This document shows, piece by piece, positions 33,634 through 47,207 of a DNA stretch of 64,000 bases. The stretch comes from Salisapilia sapeloensis CBS 127946 (Eukaryota; Protista; Oomycota). The position numbers and the translations under genes are program-made. The DNA lies in the NCBI GenBank assembly GCA_023334545.1, contig JAADVB010000070.1:1-64000 (forward strand). The letters are read 5' to 3'. A model generated the notes under the pieces. It worked only from the letters and a program-made list of their open reading frames with translations, did not search any database and had not been told where the DNA came from. How positions within the stretch are numbered: position 1 is the stretch's first letter; each line of letters starts with the position of its first letter.

Positions 33634-34738
33634 ACACCCGAAGGAAAGAACAAGAGCTACGTCGTGATCGGTGTATGGTGGTGAATGTGCATTTACAAAG
33701 TCTGTCTGCACATGGCTGTAATGAAATGGGTATCATGCTCTCTTCGGTTAAGGCTCTAGCGATCGTACATTTCCACTGTATGCAAAAATTACTATCATAA
33801 CAATAAAACATCGGATGTAGCTATAGTTTATCTGATAAACGCTTCCTTTCCATCGTGATAGTGAATTGGTACAGGCTTGTGCTATATAGGAGAGACCATG
33901 TTGTGCTTTCGAAGGCTTCAATCCAGAGGATATGAAATGCGCTGGAGAAACAAGAAATGATATCGTTGGTAAAGATGGCAAGTTGGTGTGTTACCAAATT
34001 GAGTGGAATTCGGAGCGACCAGACCGTGATGCTTGGTTGCTTAAGATTTACAATTCAGTCATCTGAATGTAATCGCACATCGCAACCGTAGATAATCGGT
34101 GATACACCTGAACTGGTGCTTGAGCGAGTGCACGGTCTGGCGAGGTCGGACAAGTACAAATACGTGCCAACTCGAGTGTAACCGTCTCCCCATGTTCGGA
34201 GAGAGATGACGATAGGTCTACCTTTCATCATCTGATTGGCATGAAAGGCGCCCGACTTTTACCGGGCTAGCATCCGCGTCGATATTCATAACAAAACCCA
34301 AGTCCACTGTCGTCTAGGATTAAAATAACAGAATCAAGCGGCTGGATACCTAATAGAAACCCAAACGAGCCCTATTTGCAGGTTTACAACTGAGGTAGGT
34401 TGTTAAACAGCTAATCACGTTTCACGCTGGTCAAGATGATCGAAATGCTCGCAATGTGATACATGGGCTACCATTTTATAAACTGTGACTATCGAGCCTT
34501 TTGCTACGCTTTCGTGCGCATCACATTGACGAGTGAATAAGCTTCCACCATTCTTCCGATGTACAAGTTCGTTGAAATGCCTAAGCTGTGCGTTCGAAAT
34601 TCTAATCCACCATGAACATAAAGATGCTCCGATATGACGAAATTCCACTCAACAGTAACGTGTTAACGAGCTCTTTTAAGAGCTCATCCGTTCGCCAACT
34701 CACAATTGCATTTACCCGACACTGAAAGCATTCCAGCG

Positions 34739-36019
34739 ATGGAGCGACCAGAAGAGCACTTGATTTCTAGTTCCAACGCTCCTTTCCCAGAAAGTAGCCA
34801 ACGTCTGTACAATCGACTGTCGGAAGAGCTATTGCAAAGCACGTTGCACGAGCATACTGCGTTTCATCACGAGCAAAGGTCAAATCGGTGGAAACTACTA
34901 CGGCAAGACAAGTCTGCCGCCGTGTACGCAAGTACGTTTCACGATTTAACTGGCGAAAGCCGAAAACTCATGATCAGTGGTTTGATACCTGGATCCATCG
35001 AACAAGTCGCTCGTGGTCTCTGCTGTGATACAACAGATACTCTTGTTACGAATTACACTATCCACGACAAAAACTTTCTTAACGGGGCCGTCCTACACAC
35101 GTTCGAGAAGGGTTCTCTAGACTCTCCACTCATTTATTGTGGAATCAAATGGCTGGTCTTTCGACCAGTTGTCAAGCGCTTTATATCAGACTTGGATCTA
35201 CTTGTGTACGAACGACTTGGCTACGTCGAATCGGGCCACGGAGAATCCTTCTTGTACATCACATTCGAGTCCGTGGAGCTCAGTGACTACCCAAGAAACA
35301 ATGAAGCGAACATGACGCGAGTATCGAGGAGCATATGCATCCTATATCATCGTGTTAGCGAGCAGAGCTGCAGGTACTTCCTTGTGTCCGACACGAGCAA
35401 AGAAGCATATACAATGCAATCGGACTATTACCAAAGATCACGACTCCAAGCGATGGCGAACCCACTTCCTGGGGCTTTAGCAAGAGCCTATTCATCTTTG
35501 ATGGTCACCAACACGAATGCTCTTGCATCCACGAGTACGCATTGTGATGTCTGCAATGCTCCAAAAGCTCTCTTCAATCGATTGTACGAGTGCAAAGGGT
35601 GTCACATTCAAATGTGTCGAAAATGCCGGTACCGACGTACGATATTCCGACTACATCTTCGAAAGCAGAAACCAGTGGAAGAAGACTTTTGTCGAGACTG
35701 CGTTGCTTCCATCGAGTCGAATCATTTCGGGTTACCCTACTTTAGACACTTTGTACAAGCAGACGTGTCACCCGATTCGAACTCGTCTTTTACAGCGCCA
35801 AGACTTGAATCGCTTGATTACCAGTATCTTGAGAGTAGAGGAACGGAGTTTTGTCCGACTCCATATTCACCAACATCAACGCTTTCGATGCGAGACTTGA
35901 CAGACAGAATGTCCGGTAAGAGTTGTAGATGTCCAACGATGGAGATGCCAGAAGATGAGAAGGAACTGACTGGATTATGGTCCAATATTGAAGACGACAT
36001 CGAGGTAAAGTCTATCTGA
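34739..36019 (+). CDS. START-like + FYVE-like protein, copy 3 (intronless)
   Basis: SGLIPG, YCGIKW, YERLG; CDVC..CKGC..CRKC..CRDC; ends IEVKSI. Confidence 0.85.
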   Translation: MERPEEHLISSSNAPFPESSQRLYNRLSEELLQSTLHEHTAFHHEQRSNRWKLLRQDKSAAVYASTFHDLTGESRKLMISGLIPGSIEQVARGLCCDTTDTLVTNYTIHDKNFLNGAVLHTFEKGSLDSPLIYCGIKWLVFRPVVKRFISDLDLLVYERLGYVESGHGESFLYITFESVELSDYPRNNEANMTRVSRSICILYHRVSEQSCRYFLVSDTSKEAYTMQSDYYQRSRLQAMANPLPGALARAYSSLMVTNTNALASTSTHCDVCNAPKALFNRLYECKGCHIQMCRKCRYRRTIFRLHLRKQKPVEEDFCRDCVASIESNHFGLPYFRHFVQADVSPDSNSSFTAPRLESLDYQYLESRGTEFCPTPYSPTSTLSMRDLTDRMSGKSCRCPTMEMPEDEKELTGLWSNIEDDIEVKSI

Positions 36020-36308
36020 TCCAGTCATCACTAAAAATCTTAACTAGTGCAATAGTGGAATAGAGATGAGTGGTGGCGATTTTCCCTCCAGTTTGAGGAA
36101 AAGAACAAGCACGATGTGTGATAAGAAGTGACTGACGCTACGCTAGACAAGTTGTACCAGCACCGTTATCAGGATAAAAGTCTGTTTGCATACGTTTTCG
36201 CCTTCAAAGTATCCCTCGTGAGAGTCTCGTTTTTGTTGACAGCCACAATATGGTAGAGTCATAGTGGCATCCCTCCGTACATCTCGAGGCACTCATATAG
36301 TTCGAAAG

Positions 36309-37776
36309 ATGGCGTCTCCCCCTCCCTGCTCATTGAGTCCTTCCGCTCGAAAAGAGGTGGAAGATCGATGTGATGCAATCATTGAGAGGACGATCACCCA
36401 GTACCAGTCATTTAGAAACAATGCACATCATAGCAGGTATCCACTCAAGGACCTAAACTCGATCCGAGCAATCATAACCTTCACTTGCATGTACTCTTGA
36501 CTAGCTGGGCACATATGCGTACTCGAAAAGGAATGGAACTATACCACGAAAGACAGACTGGGGTGATGGAGGGTGACCCTGGGAAGAGAGCAATCGCGAT
36601 CCACGGTGTGCTTCCCGGGAACACCGATGATGTCATCATGTGCTGGTATGCAGACACGACCGAGGCATTCGTGCATGGCAAGAAAATCCAGAGCAAAAGC
36701 TTCATCGACGGTGCCATCTTGGAGGTGCTAGAGTCCCATTCACCGGAACACGACGTGATCTTTGCTGGTGTCAAATGGGCGTGCTTCCAGACCACGATCG
36801 GGCCTCTCGTCAACGACCATGATAGTGTCTACTACGAGGTTCGAATGACGATCTTTGACGTTCAGTGGACACTTGACTAACTTTATGCATGCAGCGGCAG
36901 GGGAGGTACACGGACCACGACGGAACGCCCTACGTCTTTGTTGCTATCCTCTCCGTTGACATTCCAGGCTACTCGAGCAGCCAAAGTGAAAAGATCATTC
37001 GGGCAGAAACGACGATGTGCTATCTGTTCAAGGACATCGATGGTCACTACGTCCACAGCTTTGTCTTTGGCTACGCGCACGATTACGGTCTCTTCATAGG
37101 TCAAATCGCTGACCTGATTCTTGCCGACCGAACTCTAGAGCATTGCAACACGCTTACGTGTGCCCAAGCAAAAGCGTTTTCGACTTTAATGGCTCGCAAC
37201 CTCAACGTCCCTGCTTCGTCCTCTAGTCATTGCGAAGTTTGCACCAAACATCCGTCATTTTTCTTCAAGCTACACCTCTGTAGAGGGTGCAAGCGACGTG
37301 TTTGCGGCCGATGTAGTAAGAAGAGAGTCGTCTTTCGACTCGACGTCCGATCTCGAAAACCTCTCAAGCAAGAGTTTTGCGTCAATTGCGTAGAAGCAGT
37401 TGAAAACCGCCAAGTGCGATGTCCACAGACGATGCGACCAGCAGCTAATATAGATGACCAGTCAGCCTTGGCGGACAACCAGACTCCGTACTCATCATCA
37501 TCTCAGTCGTCTGAACTGTTTTCAGAAAAAATGAGCGGCAGTTGGCGAGCGACGAGAGAGGCGGCGACAGGCGCTTATTCTCCGGTATCATCACTCTCCA
37601 TGCAAGACGAAGGTCGGTATAGTCCAAGCCAAGCGACCAGATATAACGCCAGTGAGTGGGGTGGGATGGACAGTTTCGTTGAAACTCAGGAAGAGATGCG
37701 ACAGAGCACGAGCTCCAGTGATGAGCCAACAATGACCATGGGCGTATCCGCCGTCGACATTGAGCAACTAGATTAA
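36309..37776 (+). CDS. START-like + FYVE-like protein, copy 4 (introns 36437-36504 and 36839-36894)
   Basis: HGVLPG, FAGVKW, YYE|RQG; CEVC..CRGC..CGRC..CVNC; ends VDIEQLD. Confidence 0.85.
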
Positions 37777-37943
37777 ATGGAATGAAAGTCATTATCTATA
37801 CATTGCGTCCCATGTGTCGTTCCCTCTACCTTCACCTGGCAGAGACCGGACACTTCCATGGCTGCGGAGGTTACATATGTTACCGATCGAGTAGCGCTGA
37901 CTCGCTCTTGACCAGGAATCTTCCCCATTCGCCAACTTACACT

Positions 37944-39500
37944 ATGAACGCAGACGCTAGTCTAAACGGCGTCGCACCCGTGCGATTTAGTGACGAACGA
38001 AGGAAGGAATTGGAGATCGGAGCAAACGAACTTCTAGAGTACGCACTAGCCGAGCATGACCGTTTTCATCACCGGAATGACACGCAAAAGTGGAAACCTT
38101 TGAGGTACGTGTCGTTTCGTGTCATAGATAGGTGGTACCTTCGGACGCGGAACACTGATCCTCACAGTCTCCCTTAGGCGATTCAAGTGGCTCCACCTGT
38201 ATCACCATCGTTGCAAGAAAGACTCTAAGGATCCTGCTTCAACAATGCCCCATACGTCGGGCGTGGACACCAGCGTCTTTGAAAATGGGAAAACTGAAGT
38301 TTTGTGTAGTGGCATCGTGCCTGGTGGTCTCGAGATGCATGTGAGTGGTATCTACTCGGACACCTCATCAGATTTAAAAACAGTCAAGTCGATCATATCC
38401 GAGGGTGTCATGGATGCTGCCGTCTACCACGTTTTCGAAGACAGGAAAATGGAAAGCGATGTTATCTTCTCAGGCATCAAGTGGATTGCCTTTAAAATCC
38501 CAGGTGGACGACTCATTGACGACGTCGACATCCTCGTCTATGAGGTACGAGTGCCTATTTCTTTAGCAAAATTGCTAGGATATTAACTTATATCTAGCGT
38601 ATGGGCCGTGTCGTGGACGAGAACGGGGAAATATTTATCTATAATACGATGCAAAGTGTCGAATTACCAGAGTATCCGAAGAACGAGACGTTGGGTATGC
38701 GTAGGTCTTTATTAAATATTTGCTACTTGTACCGACCGGTGGGGACCAAAGCGACCGCGTGCTTTTATTTGAGTGAATTTCCGCCAATCTCAAGTGTGCT
38801 TGGACCCATTACTGAGTACATTGGCGCTGCACGTGCAGCCGAGCATTTCAATGCAATTATTGCTGCTTATGCGAAAAAATACTCGACTCTCATGACCACT
38901 GCCGCCATCAACGACACGGACAAAGAGTGTCCTAGCCGATGTGAAGTATGTGATACGAAACCGAAATTTCTGACCAAGTTACGCTTGTGTAAAGGATGCC
39001 TACGCTACGGTTGCTCTAGATGTCGAAATCGACGCACCATCTTCCGTCTCCGGCCTCGTACGCAAAAGCCTGATAAAGCTATTTTTTGCTATGATTGCAT
39101 TCGGACAGTGGAAGATGGCACACTGGAATGTTCCAGTGCACCTCTTCGACTACAGCGATATCTGTCAACAGGGTCCTCTAGATCTTCAAACCAAGTGCAC
39201 GACGGGTTCGTACCATTAAGGAGGGTGCCTGGCGAAGCGCCAACATGCGCATCCGAGTCATTCGGCCACGAGACTGGATATCTTCACGACCCGCCTTCAC
39301 CTAACAGCGACGATGGAAGCAAGAGCTTTTCGGATGATTTTTACGACCGAGCGTTGAAACAAATGTGGGCAAGTCGAGAGTCGTCCGAATTGGTTTGGAA
39401 TGAGGAAGAGCGTAGCCAATTCAGACAGAAGGCGTTCAGACAAACGCATGCAGACCAGATGCCACATGGTGAGACCGCGAGCGTGCAGTCACTTGATTAG
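37944..39500 (+). CDS. START-like + FYVE-like protein, copy 5 (introns 38105-38177 and 38545-38597)
   Basis: SGIVPG, FSGIKW, VYE|RMG; CEVC..CKGC..CSRC..CYDC; ends ASVQSLD. Confidence 0.85.
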
Positions 39501-39823
39501 AAGAATAAGTCTAAATGAGACCAAGTACTTGCGTGCAGTACCGCCATTATATTCTTCTTAAATGATGGTTTTCCGAATGATATATCTGACCGATTGAAAG
39601 GGTGGTAGGATCGATCTGTATTAAATAACACAGACGATAGACTTGAACGTCGATCATTCGGTGCCAGTGAAGCCACAGAGAGATGCCATTGTAGCTACAA
39701 TCGGACGAGCAGTGGTCAGCTGGTCGATGCCCATCAAAGTTCCGCCTGTTCTGCTGCGTGTAGGCAGCTTCATAAGAAATAACGGTCACTGCAGACGATT
39801 TAGGTGCGATTGGCACGGATAGA

Positions 39824-41252
39824 ATGGACCGGTCATACATGCAGGCATCCATGGCTGGAGCAACGACACGGCAGACGGAGATGGATGACCGTGCAAACGA
39901 CCTTATCGACAGCGCATTGAAAGACTATGATGCGTTCCAGCGAACGGAGGAACGAGATAAACGCTGGAAGCTACTGCGGAGCCTATCAGAGAACAACGTA
40001 TACGGCGAACGAGAGCATTTATCTCAATCAAGTCACCGGACGATGCTCCTCTATGGGTTCGTCCCCGGTACCATCGCCCAGTTCCTCGCCGGTGTTTATA
40101 CCGACGATAAAGACTCCCTCGAAACAGCTCGGCACTTCCTCACCCCAGGTGTCGTCGACGCGGAACTTTTACACGTGTTTGAAAGTCATCACCTGAACGC
40201 CCCAACCGTCCTCGCCTGCATCAAACGCGCCATCCTCCCTTGCTTTGCCAATATCAAAGAATCCGAGACGATTTATTACGAGGTACACATCCTTGATAGA
40301 AATACGCCATGAAAGATAAACTGACGATGAGTAGAAACTTGGCTGGCGTGAAGATGATCATGGCCATCGCTTTGGCTATCAACTTATGTTTAGTATTGAT
40401 GCTCCGGATCTCGTAGACCCAAAACAGACAAAGCGATCAAAGACATATACGTGCTGCGTGAACTTGCTCAAGCAATTCAGTCCCGACTGGATAAGTGTCT
40501 TTACCATCACAGAGGTGGACTTTGGTAACGTGGGAAACGTCATCGGCACCATCATCGAACAGCTCACTGCGAATCGTACCACGGAAGCGTATAATGCTGT
40601 TCTCATGGCAAGATCCAAAGCGTATTTGGCACTCATAAACGCCAACACCAATCAACCAATCAAGCAGAAGGGTCACGATAACGACTGCAAGGTCTGCCGG
40701 GAGCCAGAACGTTTCCTCTCCAAACTGCGTCCGTGCGCTGGTTGTGGGCATTTCGCCTGCTCCAAATGCCGGCATAAACGCATGATCTTTCGACTACGAC
40801 CCAAATCGAACAAATATGACAAGGCCCTGTTTTGTCTCGAGTGCATCGACGCAGTGCAAAACAAAAGGTTCCATATGGACCACGATATCTCCGACTTGGC
40901 AGCTGCATCGGTTTCTGCACGGGCTCATACGTCTTCTGACTCATCAGCCTACGAAGGTGTTTCAACAGAATCAGACGTCGCCTTGTCTTCTTCCTCCTTC
41001 AGTTGGGGTCGTGCTTCCTCGCTATCTATCTCCCAACTGACGAAAGACGACATTGTGCTTGAAGACTTACCAGTGCTTTCACGTAAAAACACATCCGAGA
41101 TATCGTCCGTCACGCCATCGAATTCCTGGGATCAGGTTGAAATGGAACCAAATGAGGAAAGTTGGAGGAGTAGCGGACAAACGCAACTCACGGCTGATCC
41201 AGATTACCGTAGCAGTGTATGCGGTACTATTCGGCTCCACGAACTGGACTAG
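39824..41252 (+). CDS. START-like + FYVE-like protein, copy 6 (intron 40283-40334)
   Basis: YGFVPG, YYE|KLG; CKVC..CAGC..CSKC..CLEC; ends IRLHELD. The start codon is uncertain. Confidence 0.83.
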
Positions 41253-41742
41253 TGAAGCCTTCTTACCGAAAGCTACACCTACAATTAACAAATAATATAT
41301 TATCGCTGTACTGGCGAAATAATGATTATCCGTCCATCTACTTTTGGAAGATTGAGTTGCACGATCTGCAAACGGTTCAGAGGCAGACAGGTCGTTTTCA
41401 GTCATTCAAACTCCATGCTACAAACTATGCGATTGACTAAATGTACTTTTTTCGTATCAACACTAAGCTGCCATGATGGTCACACACTGCACAGAATCGT
41501 GCTTGCTCATGTCTATCGTGGAAAACGAGATGTTTATAAGCGTAACTCGGAAAAATGGAAGTACATTCAAGCCTGACTAGCTGTTCCCATCTGCGTCTTG
41601 GCTTATTCTTTGACAAACGAATCTCGCGATACGACTCTAACTGATTTGCTCCGGACTTCGTGTGGTTGACGAATGCTCGGTGCGCAACGTCGCCTGCGTC
41701 TGTACTGTTTAGCACTCCATTCTCTCTTTTTTATCGAGGAGC

Positions 41743-43110
41743 ATGAGAAAGCCACATCAGGTCAAAATTAATCCGTTTGAACAAGTCGCGTGGCACTGTC
41801 GAAGGGATGCTTTGCTCACAGAGGTTTTACAACAGTTTGCCGACTTCCATTATCGAAATGATCCGCTCAAGCGATGGAGATATCTTCGAAAGGATGGTCC
41901 CTTTGAGCTCTACACGGATGCCCAGGAATCTCCGAACAGATCAGACAAGGCTTGCCAGTCCGTACTATCAACCGGATTAGCACCAGGAAACGCTGAAGAC
42001 ATGCTATCTAGCTTGTTGATATCAACAACGAGTGAATTGCATACCCAGCTCGCACTCACTGAACCATCTGCAACCGACGGCGTCTTAATCGATGTATTTA
42101 CGTGCGACTATCACTCCAAGGACCTCATCTTCGCAGGAGTCAAGTGGACGGCGCATAAATCGAACCTTATTTTTAATCAGTCCCACGACGCACTCGTGTA
42201 CGAAGCGCTTGGTTGGGTCCAAGACGAACACAACGAAACGTTCGCCTGGCATGTTTTATTCTCCATCGACATGCCAGAGTTTCCACGCGGCTTTGTTGAC
42301 TCGAATTGGCAACGTGCAGTCGTGACCAGGGCGTCACTCTTCCACCAAGTCCAAGGACACTACCTCGAATGCTTTACGAGAATTGAACTTGACGCAAAAG
42401 GGACCAAGCTTGGACTGGCCAAAGAATTGCCTTCAAATGCATTTGCAAACACCTATCAATATGCTTTACTATCTGGTGGCGCGAAACGGTATTCTCTTCT
42501 TGTAGAGGAAAGCAAAGGCAAATTCGTTCCCGCCAGCAAAAAATGTGAAGTCTGTACTCGAAAGCCATTGCTCGGAAAGCTCCAGCAATGCAGCGGATGC
42601 GTCCAATACGCATGTCGACGCTGTCGAAAGACTCGCCCTATTTTTAAACTTGCTCCTGGAAAGGATAAAGTTATAAAGCGAACGTTTTGTCAGCTGTGCG
42701 TTGGCAAAGTCGAGGACGAGCAGTATACCAATTGGAGCTTGAAGTCGCAGGCAGCCTCTGGCTGCTCCTTATCACCGCCATCTCGACAATATAGCGATGA
42801 CTACGTCAACAAAACCACGCCAACATACTGCGAGCGTAATGACGATGTCCGAAGTGTCGCCTCATCTCTTTCGATGGCTACTGCAAAGCCAGAAGCAAGT
42901 CCGAAGGGAAACTTGACTTCGCCGACAGCCAATTCAGACGGCACATCGACACTAAAATTCGAGGCCGATCTGAACGATTTGAAAAACAACTTGGATGAGT
43001 GGAATATGCAGGAAAATAACCTACTCCAGCAGATGAAAGTGAATATGATAGCTAAAGACGAATCTCTGGAGATAAATGAGCATCGCATCAGTGCTTCTGA
43101 GCTGGATTGA
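41743..43110 (+). CDS. START-like + FYVE-like protein, copy 7 (intronless)
   Basis: TGLAPG, FAGVKW, YEALG; CEVC..CSGC..CRRC..CQLC; ends ISASELD. Confidence 0.87.
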   Translation: MRKPHQVKINPFEQVAWHCRRDALLTEVLQQFADFHYRNDPLKRWRYLRKDGPFELYTDAQESPNRSDKACQSVLSTGLAPGNAEDMLSSLLISTTSELHTQLALTEPSATDGVLIDVFTCDYHSKDLIFAGVKWTAHKSNLIFNQSHDALVYEALGWVQDEHNETFAWHVLFSIDMPEFPRGFVDSNWQRAVVTRASLFHQVQGHYLECFTRIELDAKGTKLGLAKELPSNAFANTYQYALLSGGAKRYSLLVEESKGKFVPASKKCEVCTRKPLLGKLQQCSGCVQYACRRCRKTRPIFKLAPGKDKVIKRTFCQLCVGKVEDEQYTNWSLKSQAASGCSLSPPSRQYSDDYVNKTTPTYCERNDDVRSVASSLSMATAKPEASPKGNLTSPTANSDGTSTLKFEADLNDLKNNLDEWNMQENNLLQQMKVNMIAKDESLEINEHRISASELD

Positions 43111-44918
43111 GAGCAGAACACAAGAATAGATAGCATGTATTGGTATAATTAAAACGAGCAATGTGCCGTTGCACAATTCATTGTGAACTGTATTATGACT
43201 ATGGGTTCATGCAGGTTAAAAGCAACTCATCATAGAGATTAGGCTCTAAACCCGCAGTAGGTCCTTGTGAGATACAGGTGAATTGCAAAACGATAATCTG
43301 AAACTATTTCCTGTTGTTATTTTTATCAAAGTTCCAGTAGCCAACCAGTGCATCTGAAGTATATTGTGCGAGCCGCGAGTACCTGCATTAGTCGGAAGTG
43401 ATGCCGCGTACAATTTCTATCCACCAAAACATCAATGGTAGCCTAGGTTTCCATTGACTATCAGTAGTTTGTTTTATTGCTGTAAAGCATCGTATCTAGG
43501 GCAATGCAAGCGAGTCGACCACTACACTGTACTTGCTAAGCTTGCCTCATTTGCATACTCTATACTACTCTTCTCAAGATGAGTACAGTGCGACCTACTC
43601 GGCAGAGGACTGACATATCACATACTTATTTTATGTTCGTATGCCATAGCGAGCGTAATGCTTGATGGCTGAAAGCTCGAAATGTTGGTGAGCTCCTAGA
43701 CGAGACATGCGTTCATAACATGATATCTATTTGCTATCATCCTGCATTGAAAGGCGCAGCTTTACGACATCAGTGTAGTAGTTTGGCCATTAGTTTTCGT
43801 TCCCGTAGCTCATGTCTACAACTCCATGATGGCTTCCAGCATCTATTACTTTTCAGTTTACAATGCCATAAATATCTCAGCTTCCATGTTTTACAGTGCG
43901 TTTTAAACTGCGAGCACTCGGACCAAACTGGACCCACTTGTGTCCAGATATATGCATGAGGAAATATGTTACACAGTTTGGTTCCTGGAAGTCTTGAAGT
44001 TTCTAAAGCACACTCCTACATTCCTTACCAGGCAGGAGTAGTCTAAGGGCCTAGCTCCAACGTTTCTCATCGAATAACTGATCTCGTTTTGCGATATACA
44101 CCTTAGTTTCAAGCACAATCTGACAGGATCAGTAGCTCTTGGACCGAACGATTCGATACGGTCATAAGATGGGGGACAATCCAGTGTATCTCAATAGATA
44201 CGTGATGAGCACACCCTCAAAGGATGAAGCACAATCCAGGCAAGAGATCGAAGTACGACGGAAGGAAGTTGAAGACGATCGAACGATGAGCAAGGGTTGT
44301 GAATGGACAGGAGCTTTACATCTTTTCCACATGTCTACGCTATGGGCAGGGCAGTGGGTCTCTATCCATCTCATGGGTGGCCTGGATTTCCGGGGCTGCC
44401 GACGCTGTCGCAGTGGGAGTAGGCTTATTCATGTCTATCAATATTACTTACCAAGATCTACGTCGTGAGGCTTTGTATCAGGAAGTGCGCTTCTTTTTCA
44501 CTGTATTACGACAAGTTGGCAGGAGCAAATTCGAGTACTCGTTTCCACTACTCGACGAGATACTTCGGACTTCCATTCGCAATATGTAAACAACATACAT
44601 CATTTACGAAAGATTAACGAAAGTCTGTTAATAAGAACACGGGGTTTATTTATGCTGCATTGCGCTAGTCATCACATGCATCTGATTTCCATTAATGAGC
44701 CACTCCCTGCATATGTTGCCGTGACGCTTCGGCTTCTTTAGATATCGTTGGAACGAGTCATGTAGACACAGGTTTCAGTTTGAACAAACTCATAGATCGA
44801 TGTGGATGGACACAGGTGGTTGTGCATGGACGCATCCAAATTACGATTGCACGACCTATCTCATCGTTTCAATGCCATTTTGATACCTTCGCACCGGTCA
44901 AGAACGTTCGAGGCGGAA

Positions 44919-46286
44919 ATGCCTCCGCTACATTTATCACCAACTTCTAGCTACACTCAAACGACCACTGACCCGTCCTTTAAGTTGACGTGCGACGCCA
45001 AGTTTCAAGGATTGCTGGATGAAACTATCGACAGTTATGACGACTTCCATCGGAACAATGACTCTCGTAACCTATGGAAACCATACAAGAAGGTTGCTGG
45101 ATTCCAATTTTACACCGAGCGAAAACAAGCGGTAGACGGACTCCGCTCAACTTTATGTAGTGGAATAGGCCCAGGAAAAGTTGAAGACATCCTAGTCGGC
45201 CTACACGCACCTTCCAGCGAAGATTTCCGCATCCGAGGTGCGATTGTGGAGCCACTATGGCTTGACGGTTCTGTGATAGAAGTCTTTGAAAGTAACCCGA
45301 TGACGTCTGAAACCATCTTCTCAGGTATCAAGTGGGTTTCACATCGTAGTTTACTTGGCTTTACAACTCGTCGAGATCTAGTTATCTACGATGCGCTTGG
45401 GTGGACCGAAGACGAGTGTGGTACAAAGTTCGGCTACCACATTTCTTTTAGCGTCAATCTACCAGGTGAGGATCCTTCAAAGCAGACGAACAGCGAAAAT
45501 TCATACGTCCAAAAGACTTCGCTGTTTCACCAAGTGAACGATCAATTCGTTGGATGCTACACTCGTATCAGTGTCCAAGTAAGTAAGACCGTTTTTGGAG
45601 CGCTTGTTGACTTTGCTTTATCAGGCCATGTCCATTCTTATTCAAATGGTATGGTATGCGCGAAAGCAAAAGCATACTCAGCGCTGATTGCTGCGAATGC
45701 TGACATCATTGTCCCAGCCAGTCCAAAATGCGAAATTTGTGGTAGGAAACCTCGAATTCTAGGCAAACTACGGCCATGCCAAAGCTGTCGTCGATGTGTC
45801 TGCAATAGATGCGGAGACCATTGCGCAGTCTTCAAGATGGAACCCGGCACGAAGAAGCCAATGAAAGAGTTCTTCTGCCGTCATTGTATTAATGATGTCG
45901 AGGAACATGCTAGTGCATTTTTATTCGAAACATCACGCCACGCATTTCACGACAATGCTCCGACCATACCGACTACGACGTCTATGTGTGATTTGATACG
46001 TGGATCGTCTGAATATCCTATGACGGTGCCTAGTATGAAAAGACACGAGAGTGATGGGGCAGCGTCACTGGGCGATGGACCAAAGCGCACTGAAGCAGAT
46101 ACAAATGAGACTATGAGACGTGCAACCGATCACGTCGTCGACCAGTATCTAGAGTTTCTTAAGAACGAACTTCGCGACTGGAACCAGTTCGAGCGTGAGG
46201 AATTGCGTCGTCACTCGCTCGAGCTGCAAGAGTTTGCTACCAGTCTACCAAATGACGATGCGATTCGTTTATCCGAGCTAGATTAG
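44919..46286 (+). CDS. START-like + FYVE-like protein, copy 8 (intronless)
   Basis: SGIGPG, FSGIKW, YDALG; CEIC..CQSC..CNRC..CRHC; ends IRLSELD. ATG 44919 was chosen by paralog length; 44826 is an alternative. Confidence 0.85.
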   Translation: MPPLHLSPTSSYTQTTTDPSFKLTCDAKFQGLLDETIDSYDDFHRNNDSRNLWKPYKKVAGFQFYTERKQAVDGLRSTLCSGIGPGKVEDILVGLHAPSSEDFRIRGAIVEPLWLDGSVIEVFESNPMTSETIFSGIKWVSHRSLLGFTTRRDLVIYDALGWTEDECGTKFGYHISFSVNLPGEDPSKQTNSENSYVQKTSLFHQVNDQFVGCYTRISVQVSKTVFGALVDFALSGHVHSYSNGMVCAKAKAYSALIAANADIIVPASPKCEICGRKPRILGKLRPCQSCRRCVCNRCGDHCAVFKMEPGTKKPMKEFFCRHCINDVEEHASAFLFETSRHAFHDNAPTIPTTTSMCDLIRGSSEYPMTVPSMKRHESDGAASLGDGPKRTEADTNETMRRATDHVVDQYLEFLKNELRDWNQFEREELRRHSLELQEFATSLPNDDAIRLSELD

Positions 46287-47207
46287 ACCTATAGACAGAG
46301 CATACAATTCAACTGTACAACTATTATACTTTTCCACATACAATTTTTGTGTTTTAATAGTTTTAATTATTAAATTAAACTTTTACATAATATAACACAT
46401 CACGGACCGAGTTGCGCTATCGAGGTAGGAAACATCTTTTTACAAGTACACAAAAGTTCCCTCGGTGCTATAGGTACGCAGTAGCATGACGATCCCGCAC
46501 AAAGAACCTTCAGATGACTTGATGAAATCCGCAAGCCAAGCTATTTTGAAACTGAAAGTGAGGTGCATTGACGTCAAGTTACTTATCATATCTAATGTCA
46601 GACCCAGCACAGGTTAATCATGCACCAGCCTATCCGTCTCGCCGTAGCCAAGTTAGAATCGGCTAGAACATTTCTTTTTGCGCTGGACGACGGTCTGATT
46701 CATCGTAGCTTTATCCAAAGGAATACACAGTGCAATAATTACCTATTAACGAGTAGATACGAGCACTGGATGATTTCTCAGCGTGACAACAGCTCTACTC
46801 AGAAATGGGATTTGAAGACAGCTTTTTCCCGCATAAGACTACATTGATACCACCGTTGATCACTGTGATGGGTGGCGACTTCTATCCAATTACTCCCGCT
46901 GTCGACCATATGTGACGGCTTGTCAGATAGTATTGATGAGCATCAATTGATCACCAGTAGAGCAGTCTTTTATTGCAGGTTTAAAAGTAGAAGTTTTATC
47001 ACTTTAGAGGAGGAGACACTAGCTATCGATACAGTGAACTACTCCAAAGATCATGCATCGAGTAACCAAAGAAGACTGATGACCTACTCTTCAGGATTCT
47101 TTGCCGTTTTTCGTACCCACCTATGACATGGTGCATGGGACACGATGTCCGCTTGTCGTTTAGTCGAGCGGTAGCTAGCTCCACGGTTCATTTCAAAACT
47201 TGTGACC

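Noticed and set aside
34668-34685. Inverted repeat GAGCTCTT-TT-AAGAGCTC about 54 nt upstream of copy 3
   Set aside because: An 8-bp stem is expected by chance in 64 kb, and it is not repeated upstream of other copies.
44299-44589. ORF with AWISGAADAVAVGVGLFMS, faintly like a VIT1/CCC1 transporter helix
   Set aside because: Only one short motif matches, there is no ATG-led complete gene and flanking frames break. It could be a decayed fragment but cannot be supported without a search.
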